Assembly (NCBI GenBank): GCA_907165135.1
Contig: OU015567.1
Location: forward strand, 6,200,001 to 6,264,000
Length of the DNA stretch: 64,000 nt
DNA from: Oikopleura dioica
Lineage: Eukaryota > Animalia > Chordata
Direction: 5' to 3'
Every line of letters starts with the position of its first letter. Positions within the stretch are counted from its first letter, which is position 1. Below the pieces are notes generated by a model. It worked only from the letters and a program-made list of their open reading frames with translations. It did not search any database and had not been told where the DNA came from. Both the position numbers and the translations under genes were made by a program. Below are positions 43,550 through 55,030 of this stretch, piece after piece.

Positions 43550-46500
43550 TCATGCGATAAGATGCTAAGAGAGATAGTGCGCCGGAACAGATAGGGGGCG
43601 CTGTTCTGAAAAACCCTGCGCTAAGCCAATCAGTGAAACGTACTTCCGCCGCAGTACTTCCCTTTTCATCAGCAACTAAATCTGTTTGAATCTGTTTGAT
43701 TCCATGATCCTTTGGAGCTTCATCATTTGACCTCAAGGAGCATGGGGTCTCTCTGTTGTGTAGCAGTTTTAAGAGCGGAAGTTTTCATCGGAGGAAGGAA
43801 CTTTGTCACGTGATACCCATCGATAGTATGCACTTCCACTTCCGGTAGGGGCACTTCGCCGATCGAAATTTGAAAAGATCAGATATCAAACAGGCTACTT
43901 GAGGAGGGACCACTTAATTTTCTGAAGGTTGCATCCGCAACTAGAACTGTTCTACCAGAATTCGATCGGTTTCGCTATTTTTTCGAGCATGGCCTTTGCT
44001 GATTGTGATTATCGATAAGGTGGTGGAGGAGGAAATGAATTAGCGGCTTTCTGATAAGGTTGTGTCACACCATTACGGGCAGGTGCTCCTCGCGAGAATT
44101 CCAACTGATAACCGAAAAAAATGTCCCCAGCCACTTGACCATCCTCTGCTACTGATAACGACCCTGGACAGGAAGCACAATCATCTACAGACAGTTCTAT
44201 ACAGAGTACACAGAGTACCTTTCTTTTCAGAGCAGTTTCTTTTCGGCAACAAAGGAAAGGGCAAAATGTCGCGGATAGGTAAAACAACGGTGACTTCATC
44301 CGGCGCTCCTGTGATCGGCCGCGGAGGATAGGCTAGAATTCCGCCGTGGGGAATTTCTAACGTAATAAAGCACCGCTGATAAGCAGAAGCAGCAGTCAAG
44401 TAGTCAGAATCCGGTTCCTGCCAATTTCGCGCCAAACATAAAACCAAGCTCCATCCTGTTTCTACACCTGAAGGGGAAACATTTTTCTAGCGACGAAAGA
44501 GCCGCTTTTACAGGAAAAATGATGGTTCTTTCTCTTTTTCATTTTGGCTCATTTTCTATGGGAAATCAGATAATGCTGAGCCAGTGTTTCAGGAGCCGTT
44601 TTGGCAACAAAAATGTAGAGATATCACTCCGGAGCTGCTTCGCCGCGACTTCGGACCATCACGTGGTCCCTCTCGCAACCGCCAACCGCGGGAAAGCTTC
44701 TGTTATCAAACCAAACAAAATCGTTTTTTTTTTCTCCATTTGCGTAAATTTTAAAGATTTAACTAGCCAACATATAGGCTTATCACTAAAATAGTCAATA
44801 GAAGATCCTCCCTTAGGGCTTCTCTTGATTGAGGGGGCTCCTTAATTTTTGTAAAATTTAAAGCAGGTGCTAGGGCTAGATTCATGAGGTGCAATTTCGG
44901 GCGAAGGAGTCAAAATTTTGGAGAAATCTGGCGGCGCTTGGCACGCTGAGGAAGATAAGAAATGCCCGCAATGGTGGTTTAATTTTGGCGCAGCCGCCAC
45001 CACCAACTCCAAAGATAACACCAGAACATGTGTTTTATGAGAGGAAAGGAAAAACCCTTGTTCCCAAGCCATTACTACTCGTAAGTAGTTTTTCTCCGGT
45101 ACCCTTTTTTTTGCCCTTGTTGAGCCGCGGCTAAACACCCGCTGCGCCTTATCAGTAAACTGTTTAACTTAGGTGTGATTTCGGGCTTCTTTATCCATAC
45201 CGCCGCGCATGCCGCCCAAGTTTCCCTCCTCTCGAGCCCTATTTGAAAATATTTCCGCAAATGGAGATAACGCGGCCCACATAAATTGCTCTCCACTCTG
45301 GTGGAGACGGTGGTGTTTAGCTAACTGCCGAGAGTAAAGTACCATTTCCTATTTGGCCACTGAGATTTTATCGAAAAGAACAAACTTGACAAACAAGTTT
45401 CTTCGAGCCAGCCAACGAAGACGATTTTACTGTAGCTCAGCTTCAAGAAATGACGACTTTGCTAATTCTCGATTCTACGGTTAGATATTTTTGTTTTGCA
45501 TGCACTTTGATAAGCGCGTATAAAACAGAACTCCTCTTGATAAGTTTCTATAGCGGAAGGAACTTTTTGTTTTGGGACTTTCTTCAATTTTTTCCTTATC
45601 GTTCTTTAGCCTTTGTGATAAGGCGAAATGACCAAAGCTTTAGTCTCCCGCTGCGCTTATGACGCTAGAACTATTCGCATAAAAGATACTTTGCCTACCT
45701 CGGGTTAAAAATCCTTAGTTTAAAAAATGAATATCGGATATGTAAAAAATTTAAAATATTTAATCATTTCCGCGCTCTCTTTTCCAGCTCTGCCACTTCC
45801 GACAGGTCCTATTCCATTTTCCCAAAGCTATGATTATCGTCGACTCTATTCTTTAGGCGCTTTATCTTGCTTGTCATCGAAAACGCTAGAATCTAAAAAA
45901 AGAAAGAATGCGTGGACTGTGATTCAATCGCAATCGTGCGAGATTGAATTTGTACGAGTTGTTGAAGATAGCGTGGTTAGCTCAATTAGGAGGAGATAGG
46001 AGTTCTCGTCGTTATCGAATTGGGCGAAATCGGTGGAGATGGAGGATTTATCTTATTCCTCTAACAGCTATCAACGCTCGCCCCGCTATCTCCCCACGTC
46101 AGAACGAAAAGAACCTTCAGATTACGCGTCCAGGTCATTTATTTAGCGATGACCTCTTTCGCGAACACCCTTATCGTTCCTTGTTGATATCCTTTATCTG
46201 CGTAAACCGTCACGTAAAGAGAAGGGAACAGATAAAAAGAATGAACTTGTCGACTGATTTATTATTTAAGGGATTCGCTCGTGTGAACACTGAACATATG
46301 TACTTGCGGGGAACAAATGGGACGAAAAAAAACGGAAAAACGAACGCTCTTATCAATTTTTTATTTGGCGGTAAAGAGATACGGTGTCTAAAATTGAACT
46401 GATTGCTTAGAATGATTCATGAACTTGAGGAAAAACGGGACATTACAGTTCATTTTCTGACAAAGAAACTCTAGAATTGAAATGTCGTGAGAACGTTGTA

Positions 46501-48560
46501 CCCTGGCACAGCGGGTGACCAAAGCCGGAAGCACCTGCCGAGCAGTGCACCTGCAGGATGTTTCATTTGGCGGCCACCAAACCCCTTTTAAAACATCCCA
46601 AATTTGCATACATGCCCCTTCAAATTCACAGCAGGGTACTTGTTTACTGGCTTACTGATAAGACGCGCTCTTTTTAATGATTTCGAAAGCTGCTGATCAG
46701 TGATCACGTGACAATCAATCAATGGAAAATACTAATGCATAAAATGACGGAAGAATTAATTTCCGTGCGGCGCGTGAAAATTGCCATCTCCCGCCGAGTA
46801 CCAGCTCCGGCAAAGATCCTTATCAGCGGTCAGGGTTTGTAATTACACCGCGCAGCGGGTGACCACCTCTAATACCACCATTCATTTTTTCTTTTCGTAA
46901 AATATTCCGCTAAGGATCACGTCTGTTGTCACAATAAGGATGCACAGTGGACCAGTAGTGGCCTTTATCGCTCAATAGTTCTCGCGGTCGTCGCCACTTC
47001 TAGCGGCTCGAGAGGCTTTTCAACAGGTGAAAATTTTGGAAGCCGCAGTTTCCACTTGCGACGCTCATTCGTTTCATACTTATTCCTATCGCGAGGGATA
47101 AACTCGCGCCAGATGATCTGACTGCTCCCGTTGACTGAGCTGTTTGGTGATAAGGGACTCAGCAGGAGATCGTTTTTCAGCTTAGCCGGATCAGACTTTA
47201 TTTTTATCTCCATTTCTACAGCTCCTTGAAAAGCTGGTAGAATCGTAAACTTCATATTCCGCCAGGCTCCGGCCTGTCTAGATCAAATGTCTCAGCCCTC
47301 TAGAAAAAGAGCGCCTGGTGATAAGCGTTATCTAAACTGATTTAGATAAAACTGAGATCAGTTCCTCTCGTTACGTGAGCGATCATCGCCAAATCGCGGC
47401 AGGACATCGATAAGAGCCGCGCGATAATCTACGTCGGCTATCGCCAGTCTTGATCTCCTGCTGAGCTTATCAGAGCCCAGCTCTGTTAACCACTGATAAG
47501 CGGTAGATTACGTTCCCTTCACGTGTATCTAAGATTTTTAAAAGCAATGGGCGAAATGGAAATTCTAATACAAGAAAAGTTTCGTAACCCGGTCGACTGT
47601 CAAACTCGACGTCAAGTACCCCGCTGCGTTGATACTGATAAGAGCACGTCTGATTCGTTTCCCTCGATGATCCGGTGCTTCTTCTTTCCAAAAAGAAGAA
47701 CCACAGCCAAATTTATGCAGGATTTGCTATTTTTTTAAATTACGTAGTTTTTTCGTAAAAAAATTTCTCCTTGATTTAAAAATTTTTACGAAGGGTGTGT
47801 ATTTGTGTAGTTTTTGGTGCAGCTGGTTTGGTGGTGTCGTCCGTTTTCCTTCGATGTCGGTGCACCTGGCGCGATAAGATCTTAGTACGCGCCCGTCAAC
47901 AGCTGAAGTTTGACTGGCGACATGCCGAGCACGAAATGCTAGAGCTCATCCCTCTATCGGTATCCTGCTGAGTTTCCGACAATCTGATGATAGTTTTTAT
48001 CAATCAAAAAGGGACCATGTTGGAGACGTAAGAGCGCGGTAAATTGAATTTCCGCTGTTGAAATGTCTAAGTTTTCTGGCGATTGCTGATAACGTGTTAT
48101 CAGCGGCTGGTGATAGGTCTGGGATAAGATCGGAACTGAGTGATGGAACAGATCCATATCGTTCATGTCTTCTGATAAGAGAAAGTTGCTGGCTGATAAG
48201 AGGAATCTCTCAGTCCTCGATTAGATCAGACTCGGCAGGAGATAACTCGCCAGGATGTCGATAACTGGCTCAGACTCGGCGGGATATCCATCTGCTCACG
48301 ATAAACGTGCTGATAACACTTATCCTCAGATCGTGCCGCAACATGCTCAACCCAGAGAAAGTGAATATTACTAACACTTGTAGATAGACACGTATCTAGA
48401 ATAGTAGAACCTGCAAATTTATTCATGCAACTTTGATAAGAAAAGTTACCGATAAGAAAATTTTCTTAGAAGAGTTCTCCAAAGGACCAAAAGAACCCTT
48501 GTTCTTGACTTTCATTTAGGAAGGCCTACTGATGTTTACTGATAAGAAATTCATCAAGAA
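43550..48560. promoter_or_regulatory. Candidate enhancer field with dense GATA-site clusters downstream of the GATA gene
   Basis: Hand counts of GATAA/TTATC: 6 in 44009-44382, 8 in 45149-45621, 8 in 47149-47641 and 15 in 47873-48545. Confidence 0.7.
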
Positions 48561-48964
48561 TAAATAACCAGGAGTCCCTTTATTTTCTCAAATTCTTTAT
48601 TCAGATTTGATCCACGTTCTTTTGGAACCCTTTTGACCTTTCCCTAGAAGCAGGCCCATAGAGCAAGAGGGGAGAATAGATGGGCCTGATGCGAGGGAGA
48701 ATGTTGAGGCATTTCTTCACCTCGCCAAAAACACGAGTTCGGGCAAAGGTGTCGGACATCTTGTGATAAGGACGAACAAACCTTATCGCTAGTTTTAATT
48801 CAGCGCTGAGATTAGCTGTTACGAAAATGGATTATCCGCGGCTCAGTGCTACCGAGCGAGCCTTCTTCCATTTTGCGCATAAAATCCTTGCCAAAACTCG
48901 ACAGATAAGATATCATTATTTCGCCTCGCCTAATTTAAAACTCACTTGCTCACAAGACTTATAC

Positions 48965-49962
48965 CAGGGTGTCGAATCGCGGGGGAGCGAGAAGGGATCG
49001 CGCGAAAACGCTCACGCCCGATCCCACGAGCGAAGGGATCGCTCGGGCGCCCCTTCGAACGAGAAGGGATCGCGGCAAAAAAGCAAGCCAAAAGCCGTGG
49101 GCTAGCGCCAGAGTTCAGGCGCGAGATTTGCTACAACCGAGTCCGCACCGCCTATTCAAATTTTCCTTATTATCAAATTTGATGAATTTTCCAGATCTTA
49201 TCTAGTTTTTCCTCCTCTTTTTTCTCGAACAACAAAATCTTATTCAAATTTATTCTTTGAAATTAAATGAGTATATAATTTGTAAGTTTGTATAGATAAA
49301 ATTTTGACTTATTTGCCCGTAATGATATTCACTCTCCCTTAATATTATTTCAAAAAAGAAGTTATATCATAGACTATGATTCATAGTTATCAGTTTCGTT
49401 TATTTTTCCATCCGGAAAACTACTGAAAACATTAGCGCTTCATCTCCTCACCGGGACACTCGAAAAGCCGTATAATCTCGGTGGGTGCACACTCTGACCT
49501 ACTGTAGGGAATCAGTCGCAAATAAATCTGGGCTACCTTAAAAACAGCTCTCGGAAGTGGTAAGCTACCTGTTTGTGACAAAAATATTGAATTTACGGTC
49601 AATCAGTTTCTAGAGCTCACTTTTTGGGACTTAATCAGTTAGAAGTCGTTTATTACTCCGAGACTCAGAATATTTTTACGTATTAGGAATCAGCGGAAAA
49701 AGTTCCAAGTGGAGTCCATATTTCACTGAAATGGACTTTATTGAAACATTTTGACTGTTTACAAAGTTCGCTCGTTCTCGTAAAATTTTGATCCCTTGCG
49801 CGAAGGGATATCCCACGCGCGAAGGGATCGGGGCGATCCCTTTGTTTTTGTGAGCGCTCCCTTCTCGTTGCCTCTCGCTGCTGGGCGATCCCTTACACTC
49901 TGGGAGCAAAATGGCGCTGCGGCGCGCGATCCCTTTTCGTTCCCCCGCGATTCGACACCCTG
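48965..49962. mobile_element. Non-autonomous hAT-type element (998 bp)
   Basis: 22-bp perfect TIR CAGGGTGTCGAATCGCGGGGGA, perfect TSD ACTTATAC (48957-48964 / 49963-49970), and repeated subterminal GAAGGGATCG motifs at both ends. Confidence 0.95.
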
Positions 49963-50778
49963 ACTTATACAGTAGTTGCTCAAATTGGTGCCGCTTCTGC
50001 AAAAATGATTAAAAAAAGCAAAGAGTTGATACAAAGACCAGAAAATAATGAAAATGAATCTCTAAAGTCTATTTTTTTTCTAATTGCTACAAAGTTCATT
50101 TCATTATTGAACTGTTGTATATTATGGTATTACAAGGTCATTATCATCAGTCCTAATGAACATCAATTTTAATACGGACAATTGCCAATAGAATATATTT
50201 TGTCTATTTTTTGTCGTTTGACTTCTGAGACGACCAAAACCGTTCGTCGAGACCAGGGGTGGATATTTTGATATCAAACCAGTTTTTCAAAACTGTCGAA
50301 TCATTTATTTCATCGTTTCAAAATTTGAAATTTCAATTGAAATTTCAGGAAAAAGCCGATGCAATGACTGAAATCTACTGAAAGTGAAAAAATAGCGTTT
50401 TCAAAAGATAAAGCTTCGTGCGGAGTTTTGAAATGAATTTGAAACTGCAATAATTGACATTTCAATCAGTTTTTCTTGTTTAGCGACTTGAAAGGAATTT
50501 GAAAAATGAAATTGAAAAAATGAATCGTTGCAAATTTGAAGAAGGCGCAAAAGGAAAAACTCAGCACGCCTGCCATCCCTTTTTGACTCCCGCATTTCCC
50601 AAAATCCCGTATTTTAAAATCCTAAATTTCTGAAAATCTAGTATTTCTCAAATCGCCAATTTAGGATTCTGCGGATTCAGGATGATGGGAAATGCGAGAT
50701 TTTTTTTCTTTTGAGTTAATTGCTTTACCAAATTTTCATTGATTGATCATATAACTTTATTTTCTTGGCTTCTCCACA

Positions 50779-51090
50779 GCCAATCCCGGCTTCACCAACT
50801 TTCATCCCGGCTTCAATAACTTCGATCCTCGCTATACATACGTCAATCCTGGTGGCTCAAACAACAATTCGGGCGTCACTTTCTTCAATCCTAGCTTCTC
50901 AGATGCTAGTCCCGGCTTCTCAGTTCTTTATAATTGCTTCTTGAATGTCGATCATGGCTTCTCCTAGATTAGACTGACGTTGGTAAAACCTAGATTGAAA
51001 CTAATGAAGCCGGGATTGACGTCGAAGAACCTAGGATTGACATTAGAGAAGCTATGATTGAAGTAGGTGAAGCTAGGATTGAAGAAATTA
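50779..51090. repeat. Tail-to-tail arrays of a degenerate 21-bp unit
   Basis: aatcc(c/t)(g/a)gcttc recurs at about 21-bp spacing on + (50779-50967) and on - (50964-51090). Confidence 0.75.
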
Positions 51091-51990
51091 CGGTTCCAAT
51101 TTTCGTCGAAAGAATATTGAGCTGAGCGAACGGCTGAGCGGTCGACCGAGCTGAGCGAGCAGACTTTGAGCAAGAGGACTGTAAGCAGTGTATTTTTTCC
51201 TCAAAAAATACTTTTTCAGTTTTTATTTTGAGTGTCGACTAGTGTCGGACATAAATTTCCGAAATGCGGCTGAAGAGTGTAAAAAATCTGAGTGTAAAAA
51301 AGAAGTGTTTTGACCAATTTTTCTAATAATTTCTGTTATTTTCTTCATTTACTCACCAAAAACACTAAAGAAAGTGTTGACTTACCGCTCAACCGCTCAC
51401 TGATCTCATGTTGAGCGAAACCCGACACTGAAATTTCGGCGACCCTATAAAATCGGGTTTTTGTAGGCTATTTTCGTCGGATTTCTCGTCGGATCTACTC
51501 ATAGGTTTGATTAAAGATCTACCAAGTCAATCAAAAATGAAAAGGATCAACAAAAATGAAACAGAAATTGATCCCTCTTTAACCCAGTCAATCAAAAATG
51601 AAAGGGATCACAAAATGAAAATTTTGCGATTTTTCCTGTCGAAATTCCATAAAAAATTTTCAAATCGGGCTTGCGCTGTCGAAATTTTTTTGTCGATTCC
51701 AGACACCACCCCTCAAAATTTTGGGAAAAGATGCTGGTAAGGGGGACATATAATATATCAAAATGATCCTCAGAACACGGGGATTCTAAAAATGCCGCAT
51801 AGACACCCGTCATAAAGACTTGAGAAATCGGGGGGGGGGGGGATAAAATGACGATTTGGCGGGGTAAGGTTAAAACACAGTAAAAACAGCTCAGCCTTAT
51901 TAGGGTCCGCCCAGCTCGGGTCAGCTTAACTACCTTAAAAAAAGTCTGCTCAGCTCAGCTCAATGACCTCTGAAAAAGGCCAGCTCAGCT

Positions 51991-52603
51991 CTGGGCTCGG
52001 CAAACTGTGTCAGGAACAGACACAGGAACAGGAAAAAAAAATTCTGTCCCACATTTTACACAGGTACCGCGATTTCATTTAGACTGTTTGCAACTCTCTC
52101 TCTGGTCACAAAAATCAAGCCTTTTTTGTGACCAGTAACAGGCAGGTTTTTTTACACAGCTCAGGTAACAGGTTACACAGGTCAGGGCCTGCCTAAACAG
52201 GTCTGAGCAGGTCAGAAAACAGAAAACAGGCCCTGTGACAGGCCAAAAAACAGGATATTTCTGTGAAAAATATTGCAAAAGAAAACAAAAAGACGCGAAT
52301 TTATCGGCTATTTTAACTAGTTAACTCTTTATACCGTATATTATATAAATTATACGTCTTTCGCTATTGATTTCTTTAAACATCTTCCCTGATTTATGCA
52401 GTTCTTGACCAGATTACACAGGAACCTGTCTATGGTCAGGACCTGAGCGGAAAAAAACAGGCCTGTTTTAGTCAGAAACAGGAACAGGAACAGCATTAGA
52501 AAATTTTTTCCCCCGATTTTACACAGGTACTCAGACAGGTTCCTCAAAAACAGGAAACAGGACCTGTGACAGGTTTTTACACAGCTCAGTTTGCCGAGCC
52601 CAG
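51991..52603. mobile_element. Nested 613-bp TIR element with 8-bp TSD
   Basis: 17-bp TIR CTGGGCTCGGCAAACTG and TSD GCTCAGCT (51983-51990 / 52604-52611). It interrupts a cagctc-rich tandem array. Confidence 0.9.
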
Positions 52604-53529
52604 GCTCAGCTCCGCTCAGCTCAGTTACCTCCGAAATAGGCCAGCTCCGCTCAGCTCAGAGAACTTTTTACTCGGGTCAGATTAGCTCGGCTCAGCAAAA
52701 ATAAAGCAAAATTTGCAACTCTGCAGATAAGGGCCTTATCTTTTTAAAAAGCCGTAGCTGAGCTTAGGTAGCGGAGCTGAGAGGAAAGTTTAGCCAAGCG
52801 TAGCGGAGCTGGCAAAAATTTATGTGGCCGTAGCGGAGCTGGTCAGAATTTTCTACACTGTAGCTGAGCAAAAACTTTTTTTTCCGTAGCGGAACCGTCA
52901 GCTCCGCTATCTCCGCTACGCAAATTTCCAACTGTGGCCCCACATGTTCCAGTGTGTAGCTCAGGCTATGACGGTAATTTTGAGCGCGAGAATTTCTTGT
53001 CCCGGAAGGTCTAGGAAGTGGTACAAAGTTCGGGAAGTCGACCAAAAATTGGTCTTTTTGAAGAAAATTTTCCTTTTTTCTATAATTTATGAGCCTAACT
53101 TCACTTTTTATACCTCTTCAACGCATTGTGTCCTCCAGTGTCCTCCAAGGCTCAGCAATTTGAAATTGATTTGAAAAATGAAAAAAGATTGAAAAAATCT
53201 GTCCAGATTTGAAAACTTTTCGCAAAATGCAAAATGAAACAGTTGAAAATTTCAAAAAAGGCCCGGCGTCATTATCATTTGAAATAAATTTGCAATTGCG
53301 AAAATGAGTTGAAAAAAGGATTATCTTTTGAAATTTCAAATCAAAAACGGTTGAAATAATGATTTGATATCAAAATATCCACCCCTGGTCGAGACTCAAA
53401 GTCTACTCTCATCGCATCCAGACTTGCTGGCTCGTCTTGGTGGTGCATCCTCTCTTTGGTGGTGTTTATTCAACTGCTTCCGGAATCGCTGGCGGAGATC
53501 GTCCTCAAGCTTAGCTGGGAGGAGGTTCC

Positions 53530-54010
53530 GGCGCTTATCTCTCACGCCATCTATATCTTTCGCACCCGATAACGCAGGCGCTAGTTGCTCCCCCGCCGAG
53601 CGCAGAGAAAGATCATCCTGCCGATAATAAATTCGCCAATCAGAAGAGGGAAAGACTGATAAGAGCTTTTGATCCCCCGCTGCGCGGCTAATTGCTAATT
53701 GCCCCCTTTCCATCTTTGATTGTTTGCAAATTGGCCTTGTTTGCAAACCGGCGGTGTTTGGCCATCACAGCGGGCGATGAAAGAGGAGAGAATGTACATG
53801 AAGCCTTGGTGATAAGGCAATTCCAAAATCCGGCGCCGAATTTGATGTCCCACCGAGATGCATCGTCTGATTTCTGGGTTGTAAAAATCACTGATAACAG
53901 ATTGATAGCGCGCTTCCGAAAACTCTTCCCGCGTCAGAAAGAAAAACGAAGGCTTTGGAAAAAAGCAAAAACACTGTTTTACGGCCAGTATACTTATGTA
54001 CTGATAAACT
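53530..54010. promoter_or_regulatory. Second GATA-site cluster
   Basis: GATAA/TTATC at 53535, 53568, 53623, 53658, 53811, 53893 and 54003; Zic-like sites at 53676 and 53766. Confidence 0.6.
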
Positions 54011-55030
54011 CTCTCAACGACATGGAAAATTGGTCGTTAGGAAAATTGCTTTCTGCATAGCCAGGTGAGCATTCCCGATTATTTGTGACCCTCTACAGGT
54101 GCACCACATTTTTGCCTTATCGCGGCCGTTTTTCAAGCACTTTGCTTTTACAAATGTAAATTTACATTTTGACAGTCCTTTTTGGCTTCTGATTCAGAGT
54201 GTCCAAAACTCATTTGTCTGAAATCTGCTCTATTGAAAAAAGCTTTTAAATGACCATCAATAAGTAATTTATTTATAAAAGGAAACCACTGCCTTTAAAC
54301 ATACAGTACTAACACTTAATTACAGTAAAATAAAAACAGTCGCTACAGTCAATTAGTTCAGAGTCAGCCTCGAATTTCTAACTAGAGAAAAAATAATTTA
54401 TTAATTAAAATTCGCTAAAACTAATTAATTTTTCGTTTGCATCTACGAAGATCAGAATAGTGCATCAGCGTTCTTTCTAATTTAAAATATTCTATTAGTA
54501 AAATGAAAAATGAAGAACAGACCGTTATCGTGCGCACAACACTCGTTTACAGTAAAAGCGCCGGCGATACAGAGCTCACAGAAAATTAATTTTTGAGAAG
54601 ACGCAATATAAACGGGTGGCTTGGGGTGCGACCGACTCAGTCACCGGGAAGATAATTTGAAAATGAATTTTCTCAAATTGCTCAGCTTCTTGGTAAGTTA
54701 AAAGCAAGAGAGAAACATGCTGTTTAGTGGCTTTTAGGGGAACTTAAGGGGGTAGGGTCGACGAGAATAGGGATTTCCGTGACCTAAAATGCGGGAAAAC
54801 CTGATTTGATAGGCAAAATTTGAGTTTACTTGTGAATAGAAAAGGGTGAAAGAATGTATTGGCAAGAATTAGAAAAATTTTTGGCCAAAAAAAGTTGGTC
54901 AAAAATCCCGTCAAAGTAGGGCCATTTTTGCGAAAATCCACCAAAAATGATCATTTTTTAACAATTTTTTTAGACTCTTGTCGCGGCAAACCCATACGAA
55001 GACTTCCGAAAGCGACAGTCTTCAAGTCCT

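Larger units (their letters stand above)
50254..53387. mobile_element. Non-autonomous hAT-type element (3134 bp) with nested repeats
   Basis: 25-bp TIR CAGGGGTGGATATTTTGATATCAAA and perfect TSD GTCGAGAC (50246-50253 / 53388-53395). No transposase ORF. Confidence 0.93.

Noticed and set aside
45975-46010. tRNA or SINE (TAGCTCAATTAGG resembles an A box)
   Set aside because: No B box (GGTTCGANNCC) and no cloverleaf.
50254-53387. Autonomous transposase within the hAT elements
   Set aside because: No long ORF or transposase motif in any element.
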